In this document: positions 14,134 through 27,300 of the stretch, one piece after another
How positions within the stretch are numbered: position 1 is the first letter of the stretch
How the letters are laid out: each line of letters begins with the position of its first letter
Source: Octopus vulgaris
Taxonomy: Eukaryota
Assembly: GCA_951406725.2 (NCBI GenBank)
Contig: OX597821.1
Coordinates: 16,244,001 to 16,308,000 of the forward strand
Reading direction: 5' to 3'
Length of the DNA: 64,000 nucleotides
The notes under the pieces: generated by a model
Told to the model about the DNA's origin: nothing
Database searches by the model: none
The model's input: only the letters and a program-made list of their open reading frames with translations
Position numbers and translations under genes: made by a program

Positions 14134-15742
14134 TATGCATATGTAAGTATGTATGTATATGCATTCGTTATAAGACGTTCTATACTATATTAATACAGAT
14201 ATAATGTCCAAAGTAAGTCCCCGAAGATATTTTACTTACAAACATGTTGGTCCAAGCTCAGAATAATGATGAGCTGAGACGATCAATAGATTCTATAAGA
14301 AACCACTTATTTTGTACGTAACCCAGGAAAATGTTTATTCAGAAAATCATGTATCGATTTAACAGAACTTTAAGTAATGTATATTATTAAAATATGTAAA
14401 TTAATGAATAATTTCCCTGTGAATCTTTATTAAGTGAAAATAGAAAAAATAATGGTATATTTGCTTAACTCGATTTCCTATTTTTCTTTACATTAGCATT
14501 TCTCTTCATTATTGTCGCGTTGCTTGATCGATCACCTAATCTGAATCTCACAGAGCAAGAATACATACGTAGGCAAATTGAATACATCGACACACGCGTA
14601 CAGATACGCAGACATGAATGTATGTATCCACTTATGTTATTATGCGGAAATATATGCAAACTTACCAGCATGAACCACAAAACCTGAAGCTTCCTTACGA
14701 GCAGGAATATGCACATAATCCTAGATATATGTACACTGACATACACACACATACATGTATATATGTGAATATATATATGTGTTTATATGTATATATAAAT
14801 ATATATATATATATGTATCTATATATTCACTATATACACACATATACATATATACATATGTATGCATATATATTTACGAACACATATATAGACATATTTA
14901 TTCAGAGACCGCTGTGTATATACGTATATATATGGGTGAGTGAGTGTGCGTATGTATGCGTGTGTATATGCTTATGTGTATGAATGTGTGAGTGTGGTGT
15001 AAATATGCACACATACATTAGATTGTATACACATACACACAGATTGTATACATAGTTACACATGCTAACACAAACAAAAATATGCACAGTTTATGCTCCT
15101 GTATTCCTGACTTTAAGTGCTTGAAGTTTGCACATGTGTATTTGTATACATTTTTCCTTTCAATGTCCATAAAATATGAAATCTTCAAAGGTTTCAGCGA
15201 ATAAAATGAAAAAAAAATATCGATTGGTTTTGTCGTTTTGATATTAGTCAATGGGAATGCATAAAAACAAAAATGAAAACAAGAATTACAAAGGAAAATA
15301 AAGGTGAGCGTATTTCAAGATATTGAACAAACATATTGTCATGGCTTCGTGCCATTTTCAGAAAAGTGTTAAAAAACAACAACTGTTATTGTTGTACAGA
15401 CAAACCCTAATATTTGAAGTAATAATTCTTATTTTTATTCACTCCCGTCATGTTTATATAAATTCTGGCAAACTATTTGAAAACGAGGTCAAAATTCTGA
15501 ATGAAAGCTTTTTATGTCCAGTACATTTTTAACTACGATAAAAGTAAGGGACAGTTTTATAGTTAGGTGTTACTTCAAGGGACTATCGAAGCATTTCGAG
15601 TTGGAAAAAAGTATATAACATTACAATCGCCTAGAACATATCTATAAAATCTCATACAACACGTCTCAGAAAGGCAGGCTCTTTTTCGTTCACTCAATTC
15701 CTCTCCATATAAAAAAAAATATTAATATGTATATATATATAT

Positions 15743-16054
15743 ACTCTTTTACTCTTTTACTTGTTTCAGTCAGTTGACTGCGGCCTTGCTGGAGCACCGC
15801 ATTTAGTCGAGCAAATCGACCCCGGGACTTATTCGTTGTAAGCCCAGTACTTATTCTACCGGTATCTTTTGCCGAACCGCTAAGTGACGGGAAAATAAAC
15901 ACACCTGCATCGGTTGTCAAGCAATGCTAGGGGGACAAACACAAACACACAAACACACACACACATACATATACATATATACGACAGGCTTCTTTCAGTT
16001 TCCGTCTACCAAATCCACTCACAAGGCATTGGTCGGCCCGGGGCTATAGCAGAA

Positions 16055-16058
<4 letters not shown>
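15743..16058 (-). mobile_element. SINE family A, 5'-truncated at (TA)n
   Basis: Near-identical to 3670-4040 and 23147-23466. Confidence 0.9.
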
Positions 16059-16089
<31 letters not shown>

Positions 16090-16214
16090 CCTATACATAA
16101 ATAAATAACGTGAAATACACGAAGGGACGAACAAAAAAACAAACGGGTCATTCAAAGCCTTCATTCTTCAGTCAGAAACTGATCCCTCATCGCAAATTTC
16201 GGCCGTTTAATTAT

Positions 16215-16972
<758 letters not shown>

Positions 16973-19218
16973 ATTTGACAACATGGATCTCCATAATGCC
17001 AACTGGGATGCAATCAGGAACGAGCTATCACATGTTGACTGGTCCTTTACACATACACACATCTCCACCAACCATAAAACATCTTGGCAGATCTTTGTAG
17101 ACACCGTCACAGACATATGTGCAAAACACTCCCCACCAAGACCTGTGAACAAAAAGTGCAGAATCCCCCAAAACAGAAAAACTATTATCAGAAAAATAAA
17201 AAGAACAAACAAAAAAATTAACAAACTAAAGAAACAGCAGACGGCTATCGCACTGCTTGAATCTAAAAATATAACCTCCAACAATGTATGAAGACCCTCA
17301 TCAATAACCAAAGATCAGCTAAGGAGAAGTGGGCCATTGAAAAAATCAAACTCAACCCCAAAGTGTTCTTTTCATTTGCGAGGAAACGCAGGGTCTCTCC
17401 AAGGCCCTCTAATTGACGAATGGCACTCTCCAAGATAATGCCATGGCGAGATACTGCAGAAACAATACTGCTCTGTTTTCAGCAATCCTGATATGGCCGA
17501 TCTGGGCTGTATCAGTGATGTCAACCCCCAACACACTATATCGGACATAACGTTTAGTGCCCGTGATGTCTTAGCGGCGATAAACGAAATAAAACACAAT
17601 TCAGCAGTAGGCCCCGATAGGTTCCCTGCTTGTGTCCTGAAGGTGTGTCGACACCAACTTGCATCTCCCCTTGCTAATCTGTGGAGAAACTCACTGGATG
17701 CTGGCTATATTCCAAAAAACCTTCTGTCCCAGTCTGTTGTCCCAGTTTTCAAAAAGGGAAACAAGTCCCTTGCAGTGAATTACCGTCCGATCTCACTCAC
17801 CTCTCATATCATCAAGGTATTTGAGAGGGTGGTGAGATCTCGAATAACCCAATTTCTGGAAAGCAACAGACGGCTGATCTCCAACCAACATGGGTTCCGT
17901 AATGGAAGGGACTGCCTAACGCAGCTCCTGCATCACTTTGAGGACATTTTGAGAGCTTTGGGAGAGGGCTCCAACACCGATGTCATCTACCTTGATTTCA
18001 GTAAGGCCTTCGACAGGGTCGATCACAAGATCCTATTGAAAAAACTATCCAACATTGGTGTCTCTGGAAAGTTACTGAAATGGATCAAGTGTTTCCTGAC
18101 AGACAGATCTCAACATGTTGTAGTTGAAGGGGTAAAATCAAGCCCAGCCAAAGTCAGTAGTGGCGTTCCGCAAGGCACTGTGCTGGGCCCACTTCTTTTC
18201 ATCATTTACATTAATGACATTAATGACATCATCAAGCACAGCAACATAAAAATCTTTGCAGATGACTCCAAGCTACAGAAGGTCATAAATGAGGCGAGTG
18301 ACCGGACATGCCTTCAGTCAGATCTACTGGCTGTTATCCAATGGGCAGAAAAAACCAATATGCTGCTGAACGAGGATAAATTTGAGCTAATCCACTTTGG
18401 AAAAGAGGATGCCCTGAAACTCCCATACTCCCTTCCTTCAGGTGAAACTCTCGCGGCGTCCAACAACATCAGAGACTTGGGAGTAATTGTGGACAACAAC
18501 ATAAGCTGGGCCACTCATATAAACACCAAAGTTGACATGGCCCGCAGAATGTGTTCCTGGATTCTCAGAACTTTCCAGTCGAGAGATATCCACACCATTA
18601 TCCTTCTCTTCTCCACTTTTGCCCGACCCCACCTTGAATACTGTTGTCCACTGTGGTCTCCCCACACAATACAAGGTATCATAAAAGTTGAAGCACCTCA
18701 AAGGGCAATCACAAAAAAGATAGATGGCATGACAGGCCTCGACTATTGGGGTCGACTAGAAAAGCTAAAACTCTATTCTCTCCAACGTCGTCGTGAGCGC
18801 TACATCATCTGCATGATGTGGAAAATATTCCATCAGCATTGCCCAAATGATGTTGGCATCACCTTCAAGGTACATCCAAGGCTTGGGCCCCGTGCCATCC
18901 GCCCAAAACAAAAATCGCACTCTCATCTCATAACAACAATACGGCACAATTATTTTACCTCAATTGGCCCCGCTCTCTTTAACATTACACCAAAACACAT
19001 TAAAACAGAAACTGACCCTATAGGGTTCAAGAAGTCTTTGGACAGATTCCTTCAAGAAATCCCGGATAAACCCCCTACACCCGGATATGTCTCTGTAAAC
19101 AATAACTCTCTACTTGAGTGGGCCATAGTGCCCAAATTCTGACTTGAAAGACTTCACCAGGTGGTGCTATTAAGTTAGACATGGCCTGGGCCAATAATGG
19201 CCGAAACCTATCACAAAG
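16973..19218 (+). mobile_element. 5'-truncated non-LTR retrotransposon, CR1/L2 group, inserted in (TA)n
   Basis: Frameshifted APE-RT linker ([16 protein letters not shown]; IKLNPKVFFSF), then the RT ORF and a short 3' UTR; TA arrays on both sides. Confidence 0.92.
17493..19142 (+). CDS. LINE reverse transcriptase (549 aa; part of a frameshifted ORF2)
   Basis: Motifs NYRPISLTSHIIKVFER, QHGFRNGRDC, YLDFSKAFDRVDH, GVPQGTVLGPLLF, IFADDSK, DLGV, RPHLEYC, YSLQRRRER. Confidence 0.93.
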   Translation: MADLGCISDVNPQHTISDITFSARDVLAAINEIKHNSAVGPDRFPACVLKVCRHQLASPLANLWRNSLDAGYIPKNLLSQSVVPVFKKGNKSLAVNYRPISLTSHIIKVFERVVRSRITQFLESNRRLISNQHGFRNGRDCLTQLLHHFEDILRALGEGSNTDVIYLDFSKAFDRVDHKILLKKLSNIGVSGKLLKWIKCFLTDRSQHVVVEGVKSSPAKVSSGVPQGTVLGPLLFIIYINDINDIIKHSNIKIFADDSKLQKVINEASDRTCLQSDLLAVIQWAEKTNMLLNEDKFELIHFGKEDALKLPYSLPSGETLAASNNIRDLGVIVDNNISWATHINTKVDMARRMCSWILRTFQSRDIHTIILLFSTFARPHLEYCCPLWSPHTIQGIIKVEAPQRAITKKIDGMTGLDYWGRLEKLKLYSLQRRRERYIICMMWKIFHQHCPNDVGITFKVHPRLGPRAIRPKQKSHSHLITTIRHNYFTSIGPALFNITPKHIKTETDPIGFKKSLDRFLQEIPDKPPTPGYVSVNNNSLLEWAIVPKF

Positions 19219-19320
<102 letters not shown>

Positions 19321-19361
19321 TTGTTATATTTCGGAATGGTCATATACATATATATTTAAAC

Positions 19362-19401
<40 letters not shown>

Positions 19402-19582
19402 ACAAATATATAAATATATGCACACACATTCGACTAACAGAACACATTAATTCATTATAGATAATGCAGAATTACACCAAGTTGAATCCAGGTGATCCGA
19501 TCGATGAACTTGAACAATCCCAGGAACTCTTTCACTATAGAGTATGTATGACCGCCTTGATGTTACACTTACGGATGCCATA

Positions 19583-19990
19583 TCTATTATATAAAATCTG
19601 TTCTCTCTATCTGTCTGTGTGTCTTCTAGGATCTCGCGTATCATCCATCCGATTGCGGTCAAATTTGATATGTAGATACCGACCGTATCAGGGTCTGTAT
19701 AAGTCTTGAAAAAATTACAAAACTCGATTGCAGGTGAGAATGCCATCGATAAAGCTGTGGGAACGTGTATTTGTACGCGCAAGTACATCAGCTGTTGCGA
19801 TCGATACTACACGTATGCGAGAAAAATGCATGTGCACTTTGCGCAAAAAAAGCTGGCTAGCTTCAAATAATGCCACAAAATAAGTATATTTAAGAGACCA
19901 AAAAAGTAAGATGCAGAGAGATATTTTTTTCAAACTTGGCATGAAGGAAGGAAAGAGTATTTGGTTTCTCAAGAAGTTTTTTTTTTTTGC
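19583..19990 (+). mobile_element. possible non-autonomous Helitron 5' portion
   Basis: Starts a|TCtattatataaaa then ctgtctgtgtgtc, like the 5' ends at 43917 and 38441. No matching 3' CTAG/hairpin end was found. Confidence 0.45.
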
Positions 19991-20130
19991 CTTAACTTCG
20001 TTTAACAAAACCAAAAATTTTATTGAAATAAAGGCATGCGTAATTCTTTCTTAATGAAAAGAAAACACTGATTCATTTTTATTCAGCAGATTGGATGGGG
20101 GGCATTTTGCTCGTATATATATATATATAC

Positions 20131-20166
<36 letters not shown>

Positions 20167-20174
20167 GTGTGTGC

Positions 20175-20508
20175 TGAGACCCCCTTCGGTCATGACAGAC
20201 CATGGGATTTCACCTAGAAAGTTACCCTCCCAGGCACAAGTCCGGGCTAGGTTGTTTATGGAAGACCAGCAGTCGTCCACGCATAGCGGCCACCCCTCTC
20301 CATGCCACCAATGTTATCCAAAGGGAGGAGCAAAGGCTGATACAGCTTGGCACCTGTGACGTTGCAATTCATTTCTGAAGCTGAGTGAACTGGAGTAACG
20401 TGAAATAATTTGTCTTGCTCAAGAACACAGCAAGCAGCCCGGTCCGGGATTCGAACTCACAAACTCACGGTCATAAGCTCGACGCTCTATCCACTGAGCC
20501 ATGCGCCT
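20175..20508 (-). mobile_element. tRNA-derived SINE, family E
   Basis: Minus strand: aggcgcatggctcagtgg (A box)...gagttcgaatccc (B box)...cttgagcaagaca...ccagttcactcagct. Confidence 0.85.
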
Positions 20509-21126
20509 AAATAATATAAACTCTACTATAATACAATACTTTGAAACTTGGAAAATTAGAATCATGGAAATGAACTCTACGGTTAACCTCCTCACAAGAA
20601 TCCCAGTCTATCCTTTATCACATATTTACTATTAATAGCATATTGCACTGTATTCTACTAGTGGTGAATGTCATTACATAGAGTAGAGAAGGATATTTGT
20701 TTGAATGTAATTGCACTCTAACAGCACAATAGTACATTTTCACTTATAATATTGTAATTAATAATTCACGCATCATTAACACTAATGTGAGAATTTGAAG
20801 AACAGCCATGTGGAGAAATATTGCATCATGTTCAATAATTCAATAACAGCGAAGAAACAACAAGCATGGTTACTGAAGTAACAGATAATAATCATTATAT
20901 CAAAGTTCCTACGTGTAGGCGCAGCCAGATGGAAGTACGGAAGTACCAAACAGAACGTTTGAACTAGATGCAAATTATTTACATATTTTTCAAAATTTTT
21001 ATGCAGATCAATATCTATGTAAAGTGAATTAACATCATTACGTTTTGGTATATAGTGGCTTAGTTACGGTATTACAAACGTCGGGAGTAAGTGCTGAGTC
21101 TTGATGACTCTTATATATGTGTGCAT

Positions 21127-21680
21127 AAGGCGGCGAGCTGGTAGAAAGGTTAGCACGCTGGCTGAAATGCTTAGCAGTATTTCGTCTGCCGCTACGTTCT
21201 GAGTTCAAATTCCGCCGAGGTCGACTTTGCCTTTCATCCCTTTCGGGGTCGATTAAATAAGTACCAGCTACGCACTGGGGTCGATATAATCGACTTAATC
21301 CATTTGTCTGTCCTTGTTTGTCCTCTCTGTGTTTAGCCCCTTGTGAGTAGTAAAAAAATAGGTATTGCCTTGGCCGTTATGTTCTGAATTCAAATTCCAC
21401 CGAGGTCGACTTACCTTTCATCTTTCGGGGTCGATAAATTAAGTACCAATTACGTAATGGGATCTATCTAATCGACTGGCTTTCTCCCCAAAAATTTGTG
21501 CCTTGTGCCTATAGAAGGAAAGTATATATGTGTGCATGGTTTACGATCTGAGTACAAATGCCCTCGAGGTCGACTCTGTCAATTATCATTTTGGGGTCGA
21601 TTAAAGGCCAGTACCAGTCGAACACTGGGGTGATGTATTTCTCCGAATTTCATGGTCTTCTTCCATATTTCGAAACCAAT
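21127..21680 (+). mobile_element. three consecutive SINE family B copies or fragments
   Basis: The gagttcaaattc..cgaggtcgact...ggggtcgat.aa.taagtacca unit recurs at about 21195, 21380 and 21545. Confidence 0.85.
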
Positions 21681-21757
21681 ATATGTGTACATGTATGTGC
21701 GTGTGTGTGTGTGTGTGCGTGCGTACGTGCGTGTGTGTGTGTATGTGTGTGTGTGCG

Positions 21758-21788
<31 letters not shown>

Positions 21789-21934
21789 ATTAGAATAACT
21801 TGGAACTGAGAAATATTAGTACCGTGCAACAGACCACCACACTAAAACACTGCTAACACATAGATATATATCTGTGTGCATGTGTGTGTGTATATATGTA
21901 TGTGTGAGAGACTGCGTGCGTGTATGAAGTTATG

Positions 21935-22175
21935 TGCCTTAGAGGTTAGGGTATTTAGCTAACTATCCTAAGGTTAGGTCTTCGATTCCTGCACGCGTAT
22001 CTTGTCTTTGAGCAAGACCCTGTATTAACGGTCCACTCAGCTGGCGAAATTTAGTGCTACCTGCATTTGAAAGTGGCAGCCTTTCCACACTCTGTGCCAG
22101 GTTGAATTTTTCTGAGAACAACATTGCAAGTACACATTTCTGTTGAGTACTCAACTAGTTGCACATGAATTTCAC
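21935..22175 (+). mobile_element. diverged tRNA-derived SINE
   Basis: ggttagggt...ttcgattcctg...ttgagcaagac...gtccactcagctggc core shared with 45120-45362 and 20175-20508. Confidence 0.65.
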
Positions 22176-22369
22176 TTTTTTTTCTGGGTGGCACTTATTA
22201 AAATTAATTTGATTAATAAAACTTTCGACATAACAGTTTCTTTCGTAGCTTTTGACAGAGTATATCACGAAATAGTGTATATATACGAAGTGAGTAAACG
22301 TTGCATACGTAGATAATTATTTGTATGCATGAAAGCATGTATGTTTGTATGTATATATGTATGTGTATG

Positions 22370-22665
22370 CACGTATGCATGCATATATGTATGTATTTAT
22401 GAGTGTATGTATGCATGTATGTATATATGTATGTGTATGTATGTATACATATATGTATGTAATTATGAGTGTATGTATGCATGTATGTATATATATATAT
22501 GTGTGTATGTATGTATGCATACATATATGTATGTATTTATGAGTGTATGTATGCATGTATGTATATATGTATTTGTATGTATGTATGCATACATATATGT
22601 ATGTATTTATGAGTGTATGTATGCATGTATGTATATATATGTGTGTATGTATGTATGCATGCATG
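22370..22665. repeat. ~70-bp minisatellite (4 units) built from TATG motifs
   Basis: ttatgagtgtatgtatgcatgtatgtatata recurs at about 22398, 22463, 22537 and 22607. Confidence 0.85.
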
Positions 22666-23116
22666 CATGTATTTGCCTGCGGTGGAAAAAATGAAGATCA
22701 CGCAAGATATGACATATATAGGTTTCAAGCAGGTGATGCGTAAAGAAAAAGACACTAAGAAATTCATCTGCAATGTGGGCGGAGAGAAATTGATGAAGAT
22801 GAGATGAAGAAAAACGGAGAGACATTGATAGAATAGAGAGAAGACAATCTACGCTTGCCTACGCAGATAGAATGAATGACATTATATTTAGTGAAAATAA
22901 TGTTATGTGGAACGCATATATTGATTAAATACGTAACATCCGGATACAAAGATGGAGTGAGGACATGTAAGCGGAAATGAATGAGAAAGAAAGGAATACG
23001 CTGAGAAGCAAAGGTGAAGTGATATTGAGATTAAAGCACACCTAGTGTTTCTAATAATTGAGGAACATACCTAATACACACAGAAAAAACATATACGAAC
23101 GCTCAATCTAAATTGT

Positions 23117-23146
<30 letters not shown>

Positions 23147-23147
<1 letters not shown>

Positions 23148-23549
23148 CTCTCTTTTACTATTTTATTTGTTTCAGTCATTTGACTGCGGCCATGCTGGAG
23201 CATCGCCTTTAGTCGAGCAAATCGACCCCGAGACTTATAAGCCCAGTATTTTATCGGTCTCTTTTGCCGAACCGCTAAGTGACGGGGACGTAAACACACC
23301 AGCATCGGTTGTCAAGCAATGCTAGGGACAAACACAGACACACAAACATACACACACATACATATACATACACATATATACATATATACGACGGGCTTCT
23401 TTCAGTTTCCGTCTACCAAATCCACTCACAAGGCATTGGTCGGCCCAGGGCTATAGCAGAAGACACTTGCTCAAGATGCCACGCAGTGGGCCTGAACCCG
23501 GAACCATGTGGTTGGTTAGCAAGCTACTTACCACACAGCCACTCCTGCG

Positions 23550-23552
<3 letters not shown>
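23147..23552 (-). mobile_element. SINE family A (full length)
   Basis: Minus strand starts aggcgcaggagtggctgtgtggtaagtagcttgctaaccaaccacatggttccgggttcagg. Confidence 0.92.
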
Positions 23553-23610
<58 letters not shown>

Positions 23611-24049
23611 GAGTGTGTGTGTCTATTTGTGTATGTGTGCGTACATATGTGTGTGTGTGTGTCTGTGTGTTTTGTATGTGCATAAATTTCATTACGTCTG
23701 AGTAGGTTAGAATTTAACTCTGCGCTCCTCAGGCGATGGCACATTATGTGACACACTAGGTGGGTGGGTTTAACACAGCCAGCAGTCAACCGAAATTTAA
23801 GGAATGAATTTAATTGTACAAAATCTTCATAGCAGTCATCTACTATAAGGTATCTACTCTAAGACATGCATGCGTTTCTGAAATTTCAACCTATTCTGCC
23901 TGTGTAATCTATTTGACGGATAAGAATAGAAAGAAAACACAAATTCATTTGAGATTGTGCCAAAAATGGAAGGGTAGATTTAAATAGAAATTTTAAACTT
24001 GGATAAAAATTCAATATACATGTGTGTGTGTCCGTGTGAGTCTGTGTGT

Positions 24050-24200
24050 GACAATGGTTAAAAGATTGCTTCCCAACAACATGGTTCTGGGTTCAGTTCC
24101 CTCTGCGTGACAATTTGGGCAAATGATTTCTACTATCGCCTCAGACCAACACAAACGTTCTAAGTGGATGTGAAAGACGGAAACTGAAAAAACATCCGCC
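24050..24200 (+). mobile_element. SINE family A head (diverged)
   Basis: ttgcttcccaacaacatggttctgggttcagttcc...gacggaaactgaaa. Confidence 0.75.
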
Positions 24201-24385
24201 GCATATATGTATGTATATATATATGTGTATGTATGCATATATAATTATAATTAAGGGTAGCTAAGAGATACCACCATGCTAGATATAGCAGCCAAAACTT
24301 GACTCTCAAATCACATTAAATATTCATACAGCACCAGAAGAGAAGACAAAGAGACAAAACAACCTAGCAAAAAAATTACTGGATA

Positions 24386-24443
24386 ATTCCAGATCGTGTA
24401 TTACTGGCTCTGCATAAAAATGTTTTGCCTTCATCAGTGGAAT
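24386..24443 (-). ncRNA. degenerate type I hammerhead-like motif
   Basis: Minus strand: attcca-CTGATGA-aggc...gcca-GTAA(A13 mutated)-tacacga-T-C-tggaat; 6-bp stem I. Confidence 0.5.
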
Positions 24444-24464
24444 ATACGTAGATGCCACATAAAT

Positions 24465-24492
<28 letters not shown>

Positions 24493-24495
<3 letters not shown>

Positions 24496-24921
24496 CTTTA
24501 TTTTAAGCAGCAGAAAATTCAACAAAATCTGTTACTCTGAGTTTCTCGTTGCCGTTCATCAGACAGTTTTTGCTAGAATGGAACTGATATATCAATTCAA
24601 TCTATACTCTTACAAACGCTACACCTTTAAAAAGAAATGGACTTGTTTGATTGGCCCTTTAGAAAAAACGGTCAATCTTCGAGCGATAAACAAAAAGGTC
24701 AAAAATATATGTATATATATATAAAAAACTTATAAAAAATTATAAAAATTATAAAAATTATAAAATCCGAGGAAAAAACATATTGACGTTAATGAAGACA
24801 GTGCAAATTAATGCAAGATTTTGTTGAATTTTCTGCTGCTTAAAATAAAGCATATTACTCTACCACTGGTATTTGAGTACTCTTTTTTCCACCTTGTTTC
24901 ACATTTATGTGTTTACTCCGG
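24493..24921. mobile_element. inner fold-back element nested in (TA)n
   Basis: Arms ctttattttaagcagcagaaaattcaacaaaatct (24496-24530) and agattttgttgaattttctgctgcttaaaataaag (24817-24850), with a ~68-bp tail. Confidence 0.85.
24529..24566 (-). ncRNA. minimal type I hammerhead ribozyme motif
   Basis: Minus strand: ctgt-CTGATGA-acg gcaa cga-GAAA-ctcagag-T-A-acag. Core intact; stem I ctgt/acag; near-palindromic stem III; GUA triplet; first pair of stem II mismatched. Confidence 0.7.
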
Positions 24922-25212
24922 TATATATATATATATATATATATATGAGTATGTGTGTCTATGTGTGTCTGTGTGCGTCTGTGTGTGTCTCTCTGCCTTC
25001 TCTCCTGGTGCTGTATCTACATTTGATGTGGTTCGAAAGTCAGGTTTTGGCTGCTATATCTAGCATGGTGGTATCTCTTAGATACTCGTAATTATAATTC
25101 TAATAATAATTATGACCTCTGAGGTTTTTTGTTCCCATGCTGGTGACCTGATAAGAAAGGTATTTTAAATAACGATCTTATCGTTTTATATATATATATA
25201 TATTATACACAC

Positions 25213-25600
25213 ACAGTCGGGCGGAGAGGCTGGACGTTTTTGAAAAGTTCACAAAATCATTAATTTTAGCTGCAAACAAATGTTATTAATATCAATGTGT
25301 TAGTATTGAATTAGCACTTTTCAATATCAAGAGTGAGAAACAACATCCATCACGTGACCGTTTTCATTTGGTGCATTTTCTGGAGGCTTTTTGGGAGTTA
25401 GCCACCACACTCTCCAGCATTAATCTGTGCATATTCTCATGGAGTAATCTGTTGCCCAATGACGATATTGTATGGGTGGAAATGCAGGTTTTCATGCAAA
25501 ATACGCCTTATCGATCGATTACCGATGCCAAGTTTATTGAAATGATACCGAGCAGAGCAATTCGGACTCCGTATCATAGCTTGTCTGACACGTTACATTT
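25213..25600 (-). mobile_element. internally deleted Tc1/mariner-superfamily transposon
   Basis: Minus strand translates RVRQAMIRSPNCSARYHFNKLGIGNRSIRRILHENLHFHPYNIVIGQQI (HTH region), fused to a C-terminal-like segment; TIR-like cagtcgggcgg at 25213. Confidence 0.7.
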
Positions 25601-26755
25601 TTCCCGGGGGCGCGCACCGTTCGTCGCATTCTTATACACACAAATACTCTCTCTCTCACACACACACACATGTTTATATATATTAAAGGAAAATGAAAAA
25701 CGAACTGTTTGCCATCAAAGGAAAAAGACGTTTAATCTAAATTCCATAAATTGAGTACACGTCATCAGAGAGGGAGAAGTGAGACAGATTTAAAATAGAA
25801 GTAAGATGTAATATCCTCAGTCAAGGATATTAGTATATTTAGTTGTCGATCTAGTTCGTCAAGAATAGGGGAAGGAGCAGTGTAGAAAAAGAGTGCTTGT
25901 GTAATATCCATAACCCGTGCTGGATCACCGGGAAACCCTGAGATTCACAGCAATGAAGTTTTATTTCGTGGATTTTTTCTGTTCAAGGTTGTTTCGCATG
26001 CTTTCAAAGGCAGTGCAGAAGAAACATCAGCAAATTACATAATACGTTAGAGTGTTATAAAATGTATATTTCTCTACTGAGTATGGAAGGATGGTTTTTA
26101 TATGCTGACTGCATTTATAATAGTTCACAAATCCATTAATGAGGCAGGTTGTTTGGTATGTATTCGGGGAGCGGTAGATAAATAATGCAACAAATCAAAC
26201 TGTATATGGTACACGTACTCTCAACGCACAATATTAGGGGCATACCCAAAACAAGGTTTGGATACTACTGAAAATTATCTAAGCTGGTACGATTCTGTTG
26301 ATAGCTCATATCTATAAACTGTGTATATTTACCAATATTTGGAGTTGTAAAAGGGTAAAAATGTGGGAGGAGAGTAACTTTAATGGCCAAATTGGTGAAG
26401 GGATATTTATAAAGCAATGTTCTCTCATGTGGAAAAAAAACTTATTCAGACAATTTGAAACGAGGGAAGAAAAAGTAACGGAAACGAAGAATAGCGCAAA
26501 ATCATTATGGGGGAAACAGCTTGTGAAAACATGATGCTTCAAATCCAACAAAATCCAAGCATGTGCGTGATGTTTTGTAAGGAAATATATTTGTTTCAAC
26601 ATGTTCGTAGGGTTGAGAAGTGATGGCAGTTTGCCATGCAAACGGCAAATATACAACATATGGGGAGAAGGCCGGAGGATGTAACTATGGGTCTACTGCA
26701 AAGACAGGAATTCATTAAATATCCATTATACTACATCCATCCATATACATATAGC

Positions 26756-26822
<67 letters not shown>

Positions 26823-26825
26823 AAG

Positions 26826-26890
<65 letters not shown>

Positions 26891-26891
<1 letters not shown>

Positions 26892-26972
26892 CGGGGTGGC
26901 GTCATTCAAAGGCTAAAACAATGCGAACGCATTGTGACCAGCGATGTGTAACAACATCTGATGGTCTGGTCG
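26891..26972 (+). mobile_element. SINE family C 3' fragment
   Basis: gtggcgtcattcaaaggctaaaacaatgcgaacgcattgtgaccagcgatgtgtaacaacatctgat, as at 31742-31810. Confidence 0.85.
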
Positions 26973-26995
26973 GAAAAAAAAAAGAATATATATAT

Positions 26996-27300
26996 ATACT
27001 AATTAATTAGGGGTTCAGCAACGATTTGCCTCACCACATACCGAATTTAGAAATAGCAGTCAAAAAGTTTTGGCTATTCTTTCTACTTAAAAGGACGATC
27101 CCTTTTAAGTAGAAAGAATAGCCAAAACTTTTTGACTGCTATTTCTAAATTCGGTATGTGGTGAGGCAAATCGTTGCTGAACCCTTAATTAATTAGTATT
27201 ACTTAAACCTTCCTTGAATGTGTCTTTTACATACCGAACTCTACTTGGTGAAATTAATGATTATTTCTAAATTAATTAATTAATTTCACCCTATATTATT
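26996..27300. mobile_element. near-perfect ~200-bp palindrome with a one-sided tail
   Basis: 26996-27199 has ~100-bp arms meeting at aaaagga-cga-tccctttt; tail 27200-27300. A diverged arm-plus-tail copy lies at 27600-27800. Confidence 0.9.

Larger units (their letters stand above)
24242..25185. mobile_element. outer fold-back element (arms 24242-24320 / 25021-25098, tail to 25185)
   Basis: ctaagagataccaccatgctagatatagcagccaaaac versus gttttggctgctatatctagcatggtggtatctcttag. The tail matches the reverse complement of 55685-55775. Confidence 0.85.

Noticed and set aside
22370-22665. Regularly spaced repeats superficially like a CRISPR array
   Set aside because: The spacers are themselves TATG simple repeats, the context is eukaryotic and there are no cas genes; it is a minisatellite.
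25840-26700. Purine-rich stretch resembling a decayed L1/Tx1 C-terminus
   Set aside because: Motifs were too degraded to support a call by eye.
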